From the NCBI RefSeq assembly GCF_900232105.1, contig NZ_LT934425.1, positions 4,290,001 through 4,322,000 on the forward strand: a stretch of DNA of 32,000 bases. Direction: 5' to 3'. Position numbers and translations under genes: made by a program. Of this stretch, positions 7,918-18,312 are shown one piece after another (positions within the stretch are counted from its first letter, which is position 1; every line of letters starts with the position of its first letter). The stretch comes from Candidatus Kuenenia stuttgartensis (GTDB lineage Bacteria; Planctomycetota; Brocadiia; Brocadiales; Brocadiaceae). The notes under the pieces are model-generated. The model was given only the letters and a program-made list of their open reading frames with translations. It was not told the origin of the DNA and did not search any database.

Positions 7918-9541
7918 GTTTAGTCTCCATTATGCAGATTCGATTTTTGGCATGAGTCGATAATCCAGAATTCAGGTTATTCATAATAGATTTGTTATAA
8001 GCATTTCCATTTTGAAGTTGATCCTTTTTATTCATATCTAAAACTTCAGTGTTTGATGTTTGAGATTTGAAATTCTGAATGATGTTTTCTATCGAATACT
8101 TAGTAGTAGTTAAAAAAGTCTGAGGATAAATGCCAAGCCATGCAATAACAATAATCATTGCACCCATCATAATCATTTCACGAATACCAAAATCACTTAT
8201 CTTCCATTCCTTTTCTCTCTTGCCATAAAAAACTTTTTGCATAATTCTCAAAGCATATATTGTTGAAGCGATCAGTCCAAATGCAGCAAAGATTGTCAAA
8301 CCAGCATTCGCCTGGTAAGATCCGGCAAGAATTAAAAACTCAGCTATAAAATTTCCCAGCCCCGGTAAACCAAGTGAAGCTAATGAAAACAAAAGACCAA
8401 CGCCTGCCATCCTGGGAACTAACTGCCAAAGACCTCCCATCTTGTTTATATCTCTTATATGTAAACGTTCCTGCATTGTGCCGGCAAGTACGAATAATGC
8501 GCCGGTGGTGATTCCGTGTGCTAATATTTGCATAACTACACCTTGAAACGCGAGCACATTAAACGCAAAAGCACCGATGAGTATAAACCCCATATGACTT
8601 ACACTTGTGTATGCCACTAATCGTTTAAAATCAGTTTGTGCAAAAGCAAGTTTAGCCCCGTATAAAATTCCGATAGCTCCGAAGAACATTGCATAGGGAG
8701 AAATTGCAGCAGCAGATGACGGGAATAACGGAATAACAAATCTTAACAATCCGTATGCACCGGTTTTTAACAGTAAACCTGCAAGTATAACACTTCCGGC
8801 TGTCGGAGCCTCCGTGTGAGCATCAGGCAACCATGCGTGAAACGGAACGGCAGGGAGCTTAACTAAAAATGCGATTAAGAACCCACACATTAAAATGAAA
8901 GAGACGGTCGGGCTCAAGATCGTTCCAAGCAATTGCATATAATCAAAAGTATAAATGCCCGTAGCTTTTCCATGTATAAAATAAAGGACAAGAATGGCAA
9001 GGAACATCAACAAACCACTTGCCTGCGTAAAGAGAAAGAATTTAAAAGCAGCATAAATTCTATTTTCATGCCCCCATATTCCGATAAGGAAGTACATTGG
9101 GATTAGCATTACTTCCCAGAAAAAATAAAATAAGAATAAGTCCAGCGCAAGAAATACTCCGGATATTCCAGCCAGAATCCAAAGTATATTGAAGTGAAAG
9201 AAACCAATTCGTTCTGTAATTTCTTTCCATGAAGTAATGACTGAGATAATTCCGAGAAAAATAGTAAGTGCAACAAGGATTAAGCTTAAACCATCAAGTG
9301 CTAAGTGAAAATTAATCCCAAACTGCGGAATCCACTCCGTATTTAATTCTATCAACCAGACAGGCGCACGTGAGATTGAAATATTGGCAGAGTATGAAAT
9401 CCATATAGATATAATAATTATAAAATCGATTATTAGCGTAATAAGAGAAATCCATCTGCAGGCATAACTACTCCATTTGCCAACAAGCCAGGCAAGCAGC
9501 CCGCCAATCATCAAAATAATTATTAGCCATGCTAAGATCAT
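7904..9541 (-). CDS. nuoM: NADH-quinone oxidoreductase subunit M
   Basis: 545-aa antiporter-like membrane protein with PFHAWLPDAHTEAPTAGSVILAG. ATGA start/stop overlap with nuoL. Hydrophilic N/S/Q-rich C-terminal tail. Confidence 0.93.
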   Translation of the reverse strand: MILAWLIIILMIGGLLAWLVGKWSSYACRWISLITLIIDFIIIISIWISYSANISISRAPVWLIELNTEWIPQFGINFHLALDGLSLILVALTIFLGIISVITSWKEITERIGFFHFNILWILAGISGVFLALDLFLFYFFWEVMLIPMYFLIGIWGHENRIYAAFKFFLFTQASGLLMFLAILVLYFIHGKATGIYTFDYMQLLGTILSPTVSFILMCGFLIAFLVKLPAVPFHAWLPDAHTEAPTAGSVILAGLLLKTGAYGLLRFVIPLFPSSAAAISPYAMFFGAIGILYGAKLAFAQTDFKRLVAYTSVSHMGFILIGAFAFNVLAFQGVVMQILAHGITTGALFVLAGTMQERLHIRDINKMGGLWQLVPRMAGVGLLFSLASLGLPGLGNFIAEFLILAGSYQANAGLTIFAAFGLIASTIYALRIMQKVFYGKREKEWKISDFGIREMIMMGAMIIVIAWLGIYPQTFLTTTKYSIENIIQNFKSQTSNTEVLDMNKKDQLQNGNAYNKSIMNNLNSGLSTHAKNRICIMETKRDPD

Positions 9542-11418
9542 ATTGCCACCACAATCGTGAAAATTATCACGGCACCGATAACGATTGCCATCGCATACCT
9601 GCGTAATTGACCATTCTGAGATACTACAAGAATCTTATTCAAAACTATGCTAAGCCATGCTATAAAAGAATAAACTTTATCAATAAAATCATTTTTATCA
9701 ATCCTTGCAAAGAAGATTGCGGGAGATACGAAAATGCGATCGTACAGCCAATCAAATCCCCAGCCGTTAAATAAAAATTGAGAGATGGCAGTCTCCTTAA
9801 AACGTTCAGTGGCTTTAGAGTTTTTCAGATAAAATTGGTAAGCAAGAAAAACCCCGGCAATAGCTAACAAGGCTGTTAATATCTGGAACAATAATTCCAT
9901 TCCATCGCCTTCCATTTTAAGCGTAACCACTGGAAGTACAGATTTTAACAATGAAGAAAAAGGTGCAAACCCTCCCAAAGTTTCCGGCATTTCAATAAAT
10001 CCGCCTAAAATAGAAAGTACCGCTAAAACGATCAACGTAATTTTTATTCTGTTTCCCGGCTTATGGCTTACATGAGTTTTTTGTTCGCCGAAGAAAGTAA
10101 CGAATACCATTCTGAAAGTATAAATGGAAGTAATAAATGCACCGATTATAGCAATAAGCCACAGCCAGGGACTTCCCTTATCGCTTGACCATGTGTACCA
10201 GATGATTGCATCCTTACTGTAAAAACCTGCTGTAATTAATGGTAAAGCTGCCAGGGAAGCGGATGCAATTAAGAATGTCCAATAAGTTACCGGAAGTTTC
10301 TTGCGCAATCCTCCCATTTTAAACATGTTATGCTCATGATGGAGTGCATTGATGACGACACCGGCAGCAAGGAATAGAAGAGATTTGAAAAACGCATGAA
10401 TCATAAAATGAAAAATCCCTGCAGCCCAGGCGCCTATACCGAGAGCAAGAAACATATATCCAATTTGACTTATGGTTGAATAAGCCAGGACTCTTTTTAT
10501 ATCAGTTTGAGTTAATGCGCTGAATCCCGCAATGGAAAGAGTTAAAGCCCCGATTATTGCAACTGCGCTTTGAGCAACAGGAGCTAATTCAAAAAGTGTG
10601 TGAGTTCGCGCTATCAAATAAACACCGGCAGTCACCATTGTAGCGGCATGAATGAGTGCGGATACCGGCGAAGGTCCCGCCATTGCATCGGGCAGCCAGG
10701 TTTGTAATGGAAGCTGAGCCGATTTACCGAGAGCACCGCCAAGGAGCAGAAATGCTATTAACACCGCAAGCGATGATCCGACAGTCCAATTAGCAGATGC
10801 TAATTGAAGAATGTCTTGAATATTCAAAGTATTAAAATGTTTAACGAGCAGAAACAGCCCGATTGCCATTGCAGTATCACCGATGCGGGTAACAATAAAA
10901 GCTTTATTAGCAGCGTAAACATTTTCAGGTTCTTTGTACCAGAAGCCGATAAGCAGATAACTGCAGAGACCAACACCTTCCCATCCGAGATAAAGTAACA
11001 GAAGATTATCCGCTAACACTAATGTTACCATCGAGCCAATAAACAAGTTCATATACGCGAAAAATCTTGAATAGCCTTCATCATCTTTCATGAACTCAGC
11101 GGAATAAAGATGAATAAGAAACCCAACAAATGTAATAGCGAAGATAAAAATTAGCGATAGCCCATCAAGATGAAATGCAATACCGGGATTAAAACCGGAA
11201 GTACTCATCCAGATCCATAAGGTTTGATCGAAACGGTTATTAGGAGGCGGTGATGAAATAAAATTAATACCAATTAGGATTGATAAAATCGCAGGCAGCG
11301 CAACCGAGCCAACACCAATCCATGCAACAGAAGATCTGTTTATTCTTCCGCCGAATATTGCGAGCAGAAGAAACCCTAAAAATGGTATTGCCGGAATTAA
11401 CCAAAGAAGATTAAGCAT
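9538..11418 (-). CDS. nuoL: NADH-quinone oxidoreductase subunit L
   Basis: 626 aa with LQTWLPDAMAGPSPVSALIHAATMVTAG, plus the C-terminal extension with extra helices typical of NuoL. Confidence 0.94.
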   Translation of the reverse strand: MLNLLWLIPAIPFLGFLLLAIFGGRINRSSVAWIGVGSVALPAILSILIGINFISSPPPNNRFDQTLWIWMSTSGFNPGIAFHLDGLSLIFIFAITFVGFLIHLYSAEFMKDDEGYSRFFAYMNLFIGSMVTLVLADNLLLLYLGWEGVGLCSYLLIGFWYKEPENVYAANKAFIVTRIGDTAMAIGLFLLVKHFNTLNIQDILQLASANWTVGSSLAVLIAFLLLGGALGKSAQLPLQTWLPDAMAGPSPVSALIHAATMVTAGVYLIARTHTLFELAPVAQSAVAIIGALTLSIAGFSALTQTDIKRVLAYSTISQIGYMFLALGIGAWAAGIFHFMIHAFFKSLLFLAAGVVINALHHEHNMFKMGGLRKKLPVTYWTFLIASASLAALPLITAGFYSKDAIIWYTWSSDKGSPWLWLIAIIGAFITSIYTFRMVFVTFFGEQKTHVSHKPGNRIKITLIVLAVLSILGGFIEMPETLGGFAPFSSLLKSVLPVVTLKMEGDGMELLFQILTALLAIAGVFLAYQFYLKNSKATERFKETAISQFLFNGWGFDWLYDRIFVSPAIFFARIDKNDFIDKVYSFIAWLSIVLNKILVVSQNGQLRRYAMAIVIGAVIIFTIVVAI

Positions 11419-11419
11419 A

Positions 11420-11728
11420 TCATCCTTTTAAATTATTCAATGCATCGGTATCAAGCGTTTTAAACCGGCGATGTATTCGCAGAATCAGAGCAAGCCCGAC
11501 TGATACTTCTGCGGCTGCCATTGTAAGAATAAAAACAAACATTACCTGCCCTTCCGGTTGCATCCAACGCGCACCGGCAGTTATAAATGCAAGTCCTGTA
11601 GCGTTAAGCATTATCTCGATCGACATAAGCACAAAAATTATATTCCTTCTTACCAGGACGCCTATCAATCCAAGTAAAAAAAGTACAAAGGCAAGAATTA
11701 AGCTTGATTCAAACGGTATAGCTGTCAT
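11420..11728 (-). CDS. nuoK: NADH-quinone oxidoreductase subunit K
   Basis: 102 aa with 3 TM helices. RRN..F.LM..EIM.NA..LAF...GQVM...AAAE.S.GLAL is colinear with E. coli NuoK as I recall it. ATGA overlap with nuoJ. Confidence 0.93.
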   Translation of the reverse strand: MTAIPFESSLILAFVLFLLGLIGVLVRRNIIFVLMSIEIMLNATGLAFITAGARWMQPEGQVMFVFILTMAAAEVSVGLALILRIHRRFKTLDTDALNNLKG

Positions 11729-12294
11729 TCAGATTTTCCTTTAACTCGCAGATCAGGTTCAGTTTCTGCGAGATATCTATGTAAGATTTTCTTTTTCTCT
11801 TTTCCCAAATGATAAGCCCCAACAATGCCGGCAAGCAGTAGCATTGCTGCGAGCTCTACTCCAAGTAAGTAAGTGCCAAACAACGAAATCCCGACCTGCT
11901 TTGGACTGATTATAACGGAGTTATATTCTTGTCCGTTTATTTTAATTAAGACAATGATAAATTCGATAATCAGAATTAAAGTTAGTATTACAGGTACTAT
12001 CCACATCTTAGGATTAAGTAATTGATTTTCCATCCTTGCAGCTTCACTTCCGAGGTTCAGCATCATTATCACAAATATGAAAAGCACCATAATTGCACCT
12101 GCATATATTATCACTTCGAGCGCAGCCATGAACGGTGCACCAAGAATAAAAAAGATAATTGAAACGGAAAGAAGCGAGACGATAAGATAAAGCAATGCAT
12201 GTACTGCATTCTTACGCGTAATAACCATCAGCGTTGAAACAACTGCAACAATTGAAGCTATGTAAAAAGTTATGATCATAAGTTCAAATTCCAA
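11725..12294 (-). CDS. nuoJ: NADH-quinone oxidoreductase subunit J
   Basis: The TTG start gives an MEF... N-terminus like E. coli NuoJ. Contains [14 protein letters not shown] and [19 protein letters not shown]. Confidence 0.92.
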   Translation of the reverse strand: MEFELMIITFYIASIVAVVSTLMVITRKNAVHALLYLIVSLLSVSIIFFILGAPFMAALEVIIYAGAIMVLFIFVIMMLNLGSEAARMENQLLNPKMWIVPVILTLILIIEFIIVLIKINGQEYNSVIISPKQVGISLFGTYLLGVELAAMLLLAGIVGAYHLGKEKKKILHRYLAETEPDLRVKGKSE

Positions 12295-12303
12295 ATGATT
12301 TCA

Positions 12304-12819
12304 TCAAGGCAGCAAGCCTTTAACATCGATAGGCGGTGATTCACTTTCCGATTCACCTTTATCTTTTCCTTTAATTGAAACGCCTGCGACCTTGTAATAA
12401 TTGTAGCCGTGGTATTTTCCCTCTCCGCTGATTAATAAGTCTTCTTTTTCGTAAACAAGATTCTGCCTGTTGTATTCGCACATTTCAAAATCAGGTACAA
12501 GTTGTATTGCGTAAGTAGGACAGGCATCTTCGCAAAAGCCGCAAAAAATGCAGCGTGAAAAATTTATTCTAAAAAATTCCGGGTAACGTCTCCCGTATTC
12601 ATCTTCGGTCGCTTGCAGCGAAATGCAGTCGACCGGGCAGACAGCCGCACATAAATAACAACCGACGCATCTTTCACCACCATCAGGATCGCGCGAAAGA
12701 ATGATTCTGCCTCTCCATCGTGCAGGGAGTGGAGCCTTTTCTTCTGGATACTGGTAAGTAACACGCTTTCTGAACATGTGAAGAAAAGCCAACCAGATTG
12801 TTTTTAAGTTGCTTAGCAT
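12304..12819 (-). CDS. nuoI: NADH-quinone oxidoreductase subunit I (2x[4Fe-4S] ferredoxin-type)
   Basis: Two cluster motifs, [12 protein letters not shown] and [12 protein letters not shown]. The C-terminal half [16 protein letters not shown]...[28 protein letters not shown]...PIDVKGLLP is nearly colinear with E. coli NuoI as I recall it. Confidence 0.95.
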   Translation of the reverse strand: MLSNLKTIWLAFLHMFRKRVTYQYPEEKAPLPARWRGRIILSRDPDGGERCVGCYLCAAVCPVDCISLQATEDEYGRRYPEFFRINFSRCIFCGFCEDACPTYAIQLVPDFEMCEYNRQNLVYEKEDLLISGEGKYHGYNYYKVAGVSIKGKDKGESESESPPIDVKGLLP

Positions 12820-12854
12820 TTATTCCTCATAAATACAAAATTCAATCCTTTTTT

Positions 12855-13811
12855 TCATCTTGATAGAACGATTGCGCCGGTGACAAGTAAATTTAAGAGC
12901 GAAAGCGGCAAAAGTAATTTCCATCCGTAAGACATTAACTGGTCGTACCGTGGTCTTGGAAGCGACGCTCTGAGCAAAATAAATAATGAAATGAAAACAA
13001 ATGTTTTAATAAAAAACCAGATAACAGGCGGAAGAAATGAGGGACCAAGCCATCCGCCAAAAAACAATGTTACCATAATAGCAGAAATTAATGTAATACC
13101 TAAATATTCTCCGAGAAAGAACATCCCGAATTTCATACCGGAATATTCAGAGTGAAAGCCTGCAATCAGTTCGTTTTCTGCTTCGGGAATGTCGAATGGT
13201 AATCGGTGTGTTTCAGCTAACCCGGCAATCATAAAAATTATAAAACCGACAAACTGTGGAACAACGAACCAAATATTTTTTTGTGCAATTACAATGTCAT
13301 TCATGTTAAAAGAACCTGCAAGCATTACAACTCCCATTAAAGAAAGACCCATGAAAACTTCATAAGAGAGCATTTGTGCCGCAGCGCGAAACGAACCGAT
13401 CAATGCATATTTATTATTGGATGACCATCCGCCTAAAACAACACTATAAGCGCCCAATGAAGACATTGCCAAAAAAAATAGCAGTCCGATATTTAGATCA
13501 GAAACGAATATTCCCGGTGCGAAAGGAACAACTGCAAAACTCATAAGAACGGTTATAATAACTATTGCCGGTGCAATTACAAAAACAGCTTTGTCCGCAA
13601 ACGGCGGAATCCAATCTTCCTTAAAAAATATTTTTATCATGTCGGCAATTACCTGGAGCAAACCGAATGGTCCAACCCGGTTTGGCCCGTAACGATCCTG
13701 CCAGAGTGCGAGCAAGCGGCGTTCAAGCCAAATCAATCCGGTAGCAATTGTCATCACAACAATCAGCACACCGAATACTATTAATATGTAAATTAAAGTT
13801 TGGTTCATCAT
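12855..13811 (-). CDS. nuoH: NADH-quinone oxidoreductase subunit H
   Basis: 318-aa polytopic protein with [40 protein letters not shown] and [10 protein letters not shown]. Confidence 0.95.
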   Translation of the reverse strand: MMNQTLIYILIVFGVLIVVMTIATGLIWLERRLLALWQDRYGPNRVGPFGLLQVIADMIKIFFKEDWIPPFADKAVFVIAPAIVIITVLMSFAVVPFAPGIFVSDLNIGLLFFLAMSSLGAYSVVLGGWSSNNKYALIGSFRAAAQMLSYEVFMGLSLMGVVMLAGSFNMNDIVIAQKNIWFVVPQFVGFIIFMIAGLAETHRLPFDIPEAENELIAGFHSEYSGMKFGMFFLGEYLGITLISAIMVTLFFGGWLGPSFLPPVIWFFIKTFVFISLFILLRASLPRPRYDQLMSYGWKLLLPLSLLNLLVTGAIVLSR

Positions 13812-13834
13812 TTTACAATGATCTCGTATAAACC

Positions 13835-14180
13835 AGGATTTAATGTATCAATGACGGCTTACAGGTTAACGCCTTGTGTGCGTTTGGTGACTTCCCTGAT
13901 GTTGTTCCTTCGGCAGGCTCAGGACAGGCTCTTGAGTTTGTTCAGTGACTTCGTGCTTATTCCCTTGTATGTGCCATTGAAATTATATCCGAGAAATCTG
14001 AAGCCCCTTTTGAAGCTTGTGAGTTTGGTTTTATACTCGTCCGGCTTCATTGCCAGTTTTACTCCAATGATTCCTTTAACACAGGAAAGACGTCAGACGC
14101 ACGAATTCTTTTGCCACCTTCTTACTCCGGGATTCTTTTCGTAGGGAACCGATTATTACAGTTATCTCCTTTTGCATAAT
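13835..14180 (-). pseudogene. Decayed fragment of a group II intron-type reverse transcriptase/maturase (RT domains ~5-7 to start of the X/thumb domain)
   Basis: Hand translation of the minus strand gives three pieces. First ..YAKGD../ITVIIGSLRKESRSKKVAKEFVRLTSFLC* (14165-14076). After a frameshift, GIIGVKLAMKPDEYKTKLTSFKRGFRFLGYNFNGTYKGISTKSLNKLKSLS* (14074-13919). Then, in the same frame, [27 protein letters not shown] (to about 13838). The pattern L.L.PEKT.....F..GF.FLGY.F ... K.....I.E.T.R..G......I..LNP is the classic group II RT finger/palm-to-thumb signature. There are at least two in-frame stops and one frameshift, and both ends are truncated. Confidence 0.6.
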
Positions 14181-14310
14181 TACTACTCTTTACTATTTGT
14201 TGACCTACCATGATTTTGCAATATTTGTACCGGATAAACCTAATACTCCAAATGTATATAGTTCAGTAAATTCAATCTAAATCTTTTTTTTCGTTCTCTT
14301 AATTCTGTAT

Positions 14311-17025
14311 TTAATTATTACCACCTGAAATTTTACACCAAACCGGCAGATCAAAATATTGCATGCCGTAAAGACTAACCGGAATTCCTAACATACCTTT
14401 TGGCAATCCAAGCTTTATTTTTACCGGCAAGCGAAGCCGATAATTATTTATATATAAATTGATTTCATCATCTTTTTTGATTTTTAATTTTTCAGCATTA
14501 TCAAGGTTTATCGCTACATAAGGTCTTGGCGCAAGTTCTGCAATAGATGGTGAGATACTGCTTAATTCTTCCGAGCCGAAAATATGATAAACCGGAACGA
14601 CAAAGAATTCACCGTCCTTAATCTTAAATGGTTCGGCTATAGCGTTGAAAAATTCGGCGTTAGTATTTTGTTTTGGCTCGATTAATCTTTTCCCCGGCTC
14701 GCCGCCGTGCAATTCACCACCGACTTCTATCTGATATTTATTTATTGCCTGAACCGAGTTCCATCCGGGCGACCAGTAAAATGGTATCAAGGAAGAAGGC
14801 GGCTCACCTTTGTATCCTTCCATTGTATAGGACAATGGTGAATCGGGATCTTCAGGCGGCTTGGGCTCACTCACATTTATATTTGCATGCATAGCCGTTC
14901 TGCCGCTGTAGCGTTGAGTTTCGCGTGGAATTTTTTGTCCTGCAATTCTAAAATCAGGTGGTGGAGTAATCTTTTGAATCCCTTCGAACTTTGGAAACGA
15001 TTCAACAAGTTCAATGAGAAAGTCGTTAAAGTTTTTCAATTCGGATTTGCTGCTGGACTTTGCCAATTCAATTCCATCTAACCATCGCCAGCCTTCAAGC
15101 AAATTTGGATTTGAAGAATGATAAGCTTGATAATATCGCTGCGCTCTTCCTTCATTATTCACAAACGTTCCATCAGACTCCGCAAAAGTTCCTACCGGAA
15201 TTATTGTCCCTGCTTTTGAGGTTGTACTATTCTCCAAACTATCAAGAACAACAATATTTTTACACTTATTAAAAAAAGCATCCACCGAGTTTTTATCTGC
15301 TCTCCGGTAAAGATCATTTTCCAAAATTATTACTGTTTCCGCATTACCTTTTTCAACAGCGTCAAATGCATCATTAAGACTCTTTCCGCCAAGCATTGCA
15401 GTGCCTAAGCTATTCGCTTCCGGAACTACAAAAGAAAGTTCTGCGGCTTTTCCGGAATTGCACAAAGCCCAAGCAACATTAGCCGCAGCATGAAGTATGT
15501 TTTCATTAAAACAGCTAATGCCGGAAATAATCAGCGGTCTCTTTGCTTCTTTTAAAGCAAGAGAAATTTCTGTAACAAGTGAATGAATTTGTTTTGAAGG
15601 ATTATTTATTTTGGGAGCCATGTTATCCAGAAGCGAAGCAACTTCAAATCCAAGCATTGCAATTTCATCAGGAAAACAGCGGATAGTTTTTGTAGCAACG
15701 TCATCAAGTTTTGTTTCGTATAATGAAGCGATGAATAACGGACCCTTTTCATTTTGTGAAACGCTCCTAACGACTGCATCCTGCCATTCTGGAATATTTG
15801 TGCCTTTAATTTTTTCGAATGACTTTTGCCTTATTGATTGCCGCACTGCCAGAGCAAGCATTGGTGCAGTATTGGTGAGGTCTTCCCCAAGAATAAGAAC
15901 GGCATCAGCTTTCTCAACTTCCTTAAGTGATGGAGTTCTAGCCGCACCATTCTGTAAAATATCAAGAATAGTGTTTGTTAATTTTAATTCTTTTCCGGAA
16001 ATCCCCTGAAAGAAATTATTATATCCCACAAATTTTTTTAATGCGAAATTCGATTCGAGTGATGCCCGCGGTGAGCCGATGCCGATCACTTTATCTTTGC
16101 CGGAAAAAAGTTTTGCAACGTGCGATTGCATATCCGCTTTATCAACTTTTTCTAAATTTCCGTTTTCCTTTCTTAACGAAGGATCTTTTATCCTTTTAGT
16201 GTCGTTTACAAATTCGTAGCCGTATCTTCCCCGGTCACAAATAAAATAGCCGTTTACTTGTCCATTATATCGGGATCTTATTCTGCGAATCATACCGTAT
16301 CTTTCTCCAGTAATCGTGTTGCAGCCCAGACTGCAGTTAGTGCAGATTGAAGGCGCTGTAGAATAATCCCATTTTCTTGTAAAATGTTTTTTTAAAGACT
16401 TGTCGGTAAATACTCCGGTAGGGCAGACTTCAACCAGGTTGCCGCTAAACTCATTTTCTAAAACTCCATCTTCATGCCTGCCGAAGTAAACATGGTTATG
16501 TGAAGCCATATTATCAAAGTCTCTTCCACCCGCATAATCTCTGTAAAACCGAACGCAGCGGTAGCATTGAATACAGCGGTTCATCTCGTGGTTAATGAAT
16601 GGGCCAAGGTGTTGATTCCGGTAAGTTCGTTTTTTGAAAACAAATCGTCTGTAATTATGTCCGGTAATTACCGTCATATCTTGCAGATGACATTCGCCGC
16701 CTTCGTCGCAGACCGGACAGTCGTGAGGATGGTTTGTCATCATCCATTCGTTAACACCAGCGCGAAATGCTTTTGCTTCTTCTTCAAATACACCTACACG
16801 CATTCCTTCTTTCACGGGTTCCATGCAAGCCATTACGATCTTGCCCTTGGTATCACTTTCATCGCGGTAGGTTTTTACGCCACACTGGCGACAAGCTCCA
16901 ACAGAGCCCATAGCAGGATGCCAGCAAAAATATGGGAGATCCAATCCAAGCGACAGACAGGACTCAAGAAGACTCTTCTTAGGATCAACCTCGTATTCTT
17001 TATTATCAATAATAATTTTTACCAA
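14311..17025 (-). CDS. nuoG: NADH-quinone oxidoreductase subunit G (long, E. coli-type)
   Basis: 904 aa. Contains the 2Fe-2S motif CWHPAMGSVGACRQC, HPHDCPVCDEGGECHLQD, CIQCYRCVRF, CPTGVFTDK and a molybdopterin-oxidoreductase-like C-terminal part. The first ~280 aa are colinear with E. coli NuoG as I recall it. TTG start 1 nt after the nuoF stop codon. Confidence 0.95.
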   Translation of the reverse strand: MVKIIIDNKEYEVDPKKSLLESCLSLGLDLPYFCWHPAMGSVGACRQCGVKTYRDESDTKGKIVMACMEPVKEGMRVGVFEEEAKAFRAGVNEWMMTNHPHDCPVCDEGGECHLQDMTVITGHNYRRFVFKKRTYRNQHLGPFINHEMNRCIQCYRCVRFYRDYAGGRDFDNMASHNHVYFGRHEDGVLENEFSGNLVEVCPTGVFTDKSLKKHFTRKWDYSTAPSICTNCSLGCNTITGERYGMIRRIRSRYNGQVNGYFICDRGRYGYEFVNDTKRIKDPSLRKENGNLEKVDKADMQSHVAKLFSGKDKVIGIGSPRASLESNFALKKFVGYNNFFQGISGKELKLTNTILDILQNGAARTPSLKEVEKADAVLILGEDLTNTAPMLALAVRQSIRQKSFEKIKGTNIPEWQDAVVRSVSQNEKGPLFIASLYETKLDDVATKTIRCFPDEIAMLGFEVASLLDNMAPKINNPSKQIHSLVTEISLALKEAKRPLIISGISCFNENILHAAANVAWALCNSGKAAELSFVVPEANSLGTAMLGGKSLNDAFDAVEKGNAETVIILENDLYRRADKNSVDAFFNKCKNIVVLDSLENSTTSKAGTIIPVGTFAESDGTFVNNEGRAQRYYQAYHSSNPNLLEGWRWLDGIELAKSSSKSELKNFNDFLIELVESFPKFEGIQKITPPPDFRIAGQKIPRETQRYSGRTAMHANINVSEPKPPEDPDSPLSYTMEGYKGEPPSSLIPFYWSPGWNSVQAINKYQIEVGGELHGGEPGKRLIEPKQNTNAEFFNAIAEPFKIKDGEFFVVPVYHIFGSEELSSISPSIAELAPRPYVAINLDNAEKLKIKKDDEINLYINNYRLRLPVKIKLGLPKGMLGIPVSLYGMQYFDLPVWCKISGGNN

Positions 17026-17028
17026 TTT

Positions 17029-18312
17029 TTACCTCCACGGGCATTTTTTTTCATTTATGTGTCTCACGTAATCTTCACGAAAATATTTTATAGAACTTTG
17101 AAGCGGCTCTACAGCACCAGGTGCCAGCGCACAGAAAGTTCTTCCGGGACCCAGATTCACAGCATGAAAAGAAAGTATATCAAGGTCTTCTAATTTACCT
17201 TTGCCTTCTTCAATAGAAAGAAGAATTTTTTCAACCCAGGGAAGACCCTCGCGGCAAGGCGTACACCAGCCGCAGGATTCCTGAGCAAAGAAATGTTCAA
17301 GATTGTGAACCATTCCAACAGGACAAGTTTTATCATCAAGAATTATTAATGTTCCTGTTCCAAGTCTGCTGCCGGCTTTTTCAACTGAAGAGTAATCCAT
17401 ATTAACATCAAGATGCTCCTCAGTAAGAAAATCCGTTGATGCACCACCAGGAAGGATTCCCTTTAATCTAAATCCTTCTTTCATTCCTCCGGCATGTTCA
17501 AAAATTATCTCGCGCATTGAAGTGCCCAGCGGAAGTTCCCATGTACCAGGATTTTTTACTCGCCCGCTGACTCCATAAATCTTCGTTCCGCCGACACCGT
17601 TAAGGCTTAAGTTTTTGAACCATTCCGAACCATTATTAACAATGTGTGAAACGCAACAAAGAGTTTCTACATTATTTACGATTGTAGGTTTACCGAACAA
17701 CCCGCTTACTGCCGAATACGGAGGCTTTGAACGCGGTATTGCGCGCTTGCCTTCCAGTGCTTCCAAATGTGCAGTTTCCTCGCCGCGGATATACCTGCCG
17801 ATACTTGTATGAAGATATAATTCTAAAGCATAACCAGAACCCAAAATATTTTGCCCTATATAACCAGCTTGTTCAGCTTCTGCAAGAGCTTTAAATATTA
17901 ATTCCGCTGCTTCCTTGTAAGCCCATCGTAGAACAACATAACTTTTGTTCGCCTGGATTGCGTATGCGGCAATGATCATACCTTCAATCAATTGATGAGG
18001 GTTTCCTTCAAGAAGCAAGCGATCTTTAAATGCTCCTGGTTCCATTTCATCGGCATTGCAAATAAGATACTTATCTTTTGGCGCATCGTCTCCTAACGGG
18101 ACGAAACTCCATTTCATTCCGGTTGGAAAGCCTGCCCCGCCTCGTCCTCGTAAGTTGGAATCCTTAATTATTTTTTGAACGTCTTGAGGCTGCATTTCTT
18201 TCAATACTTTGCGTAATGCCTGGTAGCCGCCAGCTTGTTCATATTCTTTTAAATTCATCGGCGGCTTATTTGCCTTAATATGTTGAGTTAAAGGAGTTTC
18301 CATCTGCATCAA
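17029..18312 (-). CDS. nuoF: NADH-quinone oxidoreductase subunit F (FMN/NADH-binding)
   Basis: GRGGAGFPTGMKW (FMN site), ICNADEMEPG, and the N3 cluster motif ESCGWCTPCREG...C. Confidence 0.95.
   Translation of the reverse strand: MMQMETPLTQHIKANKPPMNLKEYEQAGGYQALRKVLKEMQPQDVQKIIKDSNLRGRGGAGFPTGMKWSFVPLGDDAPKDKYLICNADEMEPGAFKDRLLLEGNPHQLIEGMIIAAYAIQANKSYVVLRWAYKEAAELIFKALAEAEQAGYIGQNILGSGYALELYLHTSIGRYIRGEETAHLEALEGKRAIPRSKPPYSAVSGLFGKPTIVNNVETLCCVSHIVNNGSEWFKNLSLNGVGGTKIYGVSGRVKNPGTWELPLGTSMREIIFEHAGGMKEGFRLKGILPGGASTDFLTEEHLDVNMDYSSVEKAGSRLGTGTLIILDDKTCPVGMVHNLEHFFAQESCGWCTPCREGLPWVEKILLSIEEGKGKLEDLDILSFHAVNLGPGRTFCALAPGAVEPLQSSIKYFREDYVRHINEKKCPWR

Noticed and set aside
13800-14144. 114-aa plus-strand ORF in the nuoG-nuoH spacer
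   Set aside because: It is antisense to the much more convincing RT-like reading on the operon strand and overlaps the nuoH start. It has no recognisable motifs.
14673-17193. Several plus-strand ORFs of 64-208 aa inside nuoG (for example 15611-16009 and 16567-17193)
   Set aside because: All are antisense shadows of a strongly supported 904-aa NuoG, with low-complexity or odd composition and no motifs.
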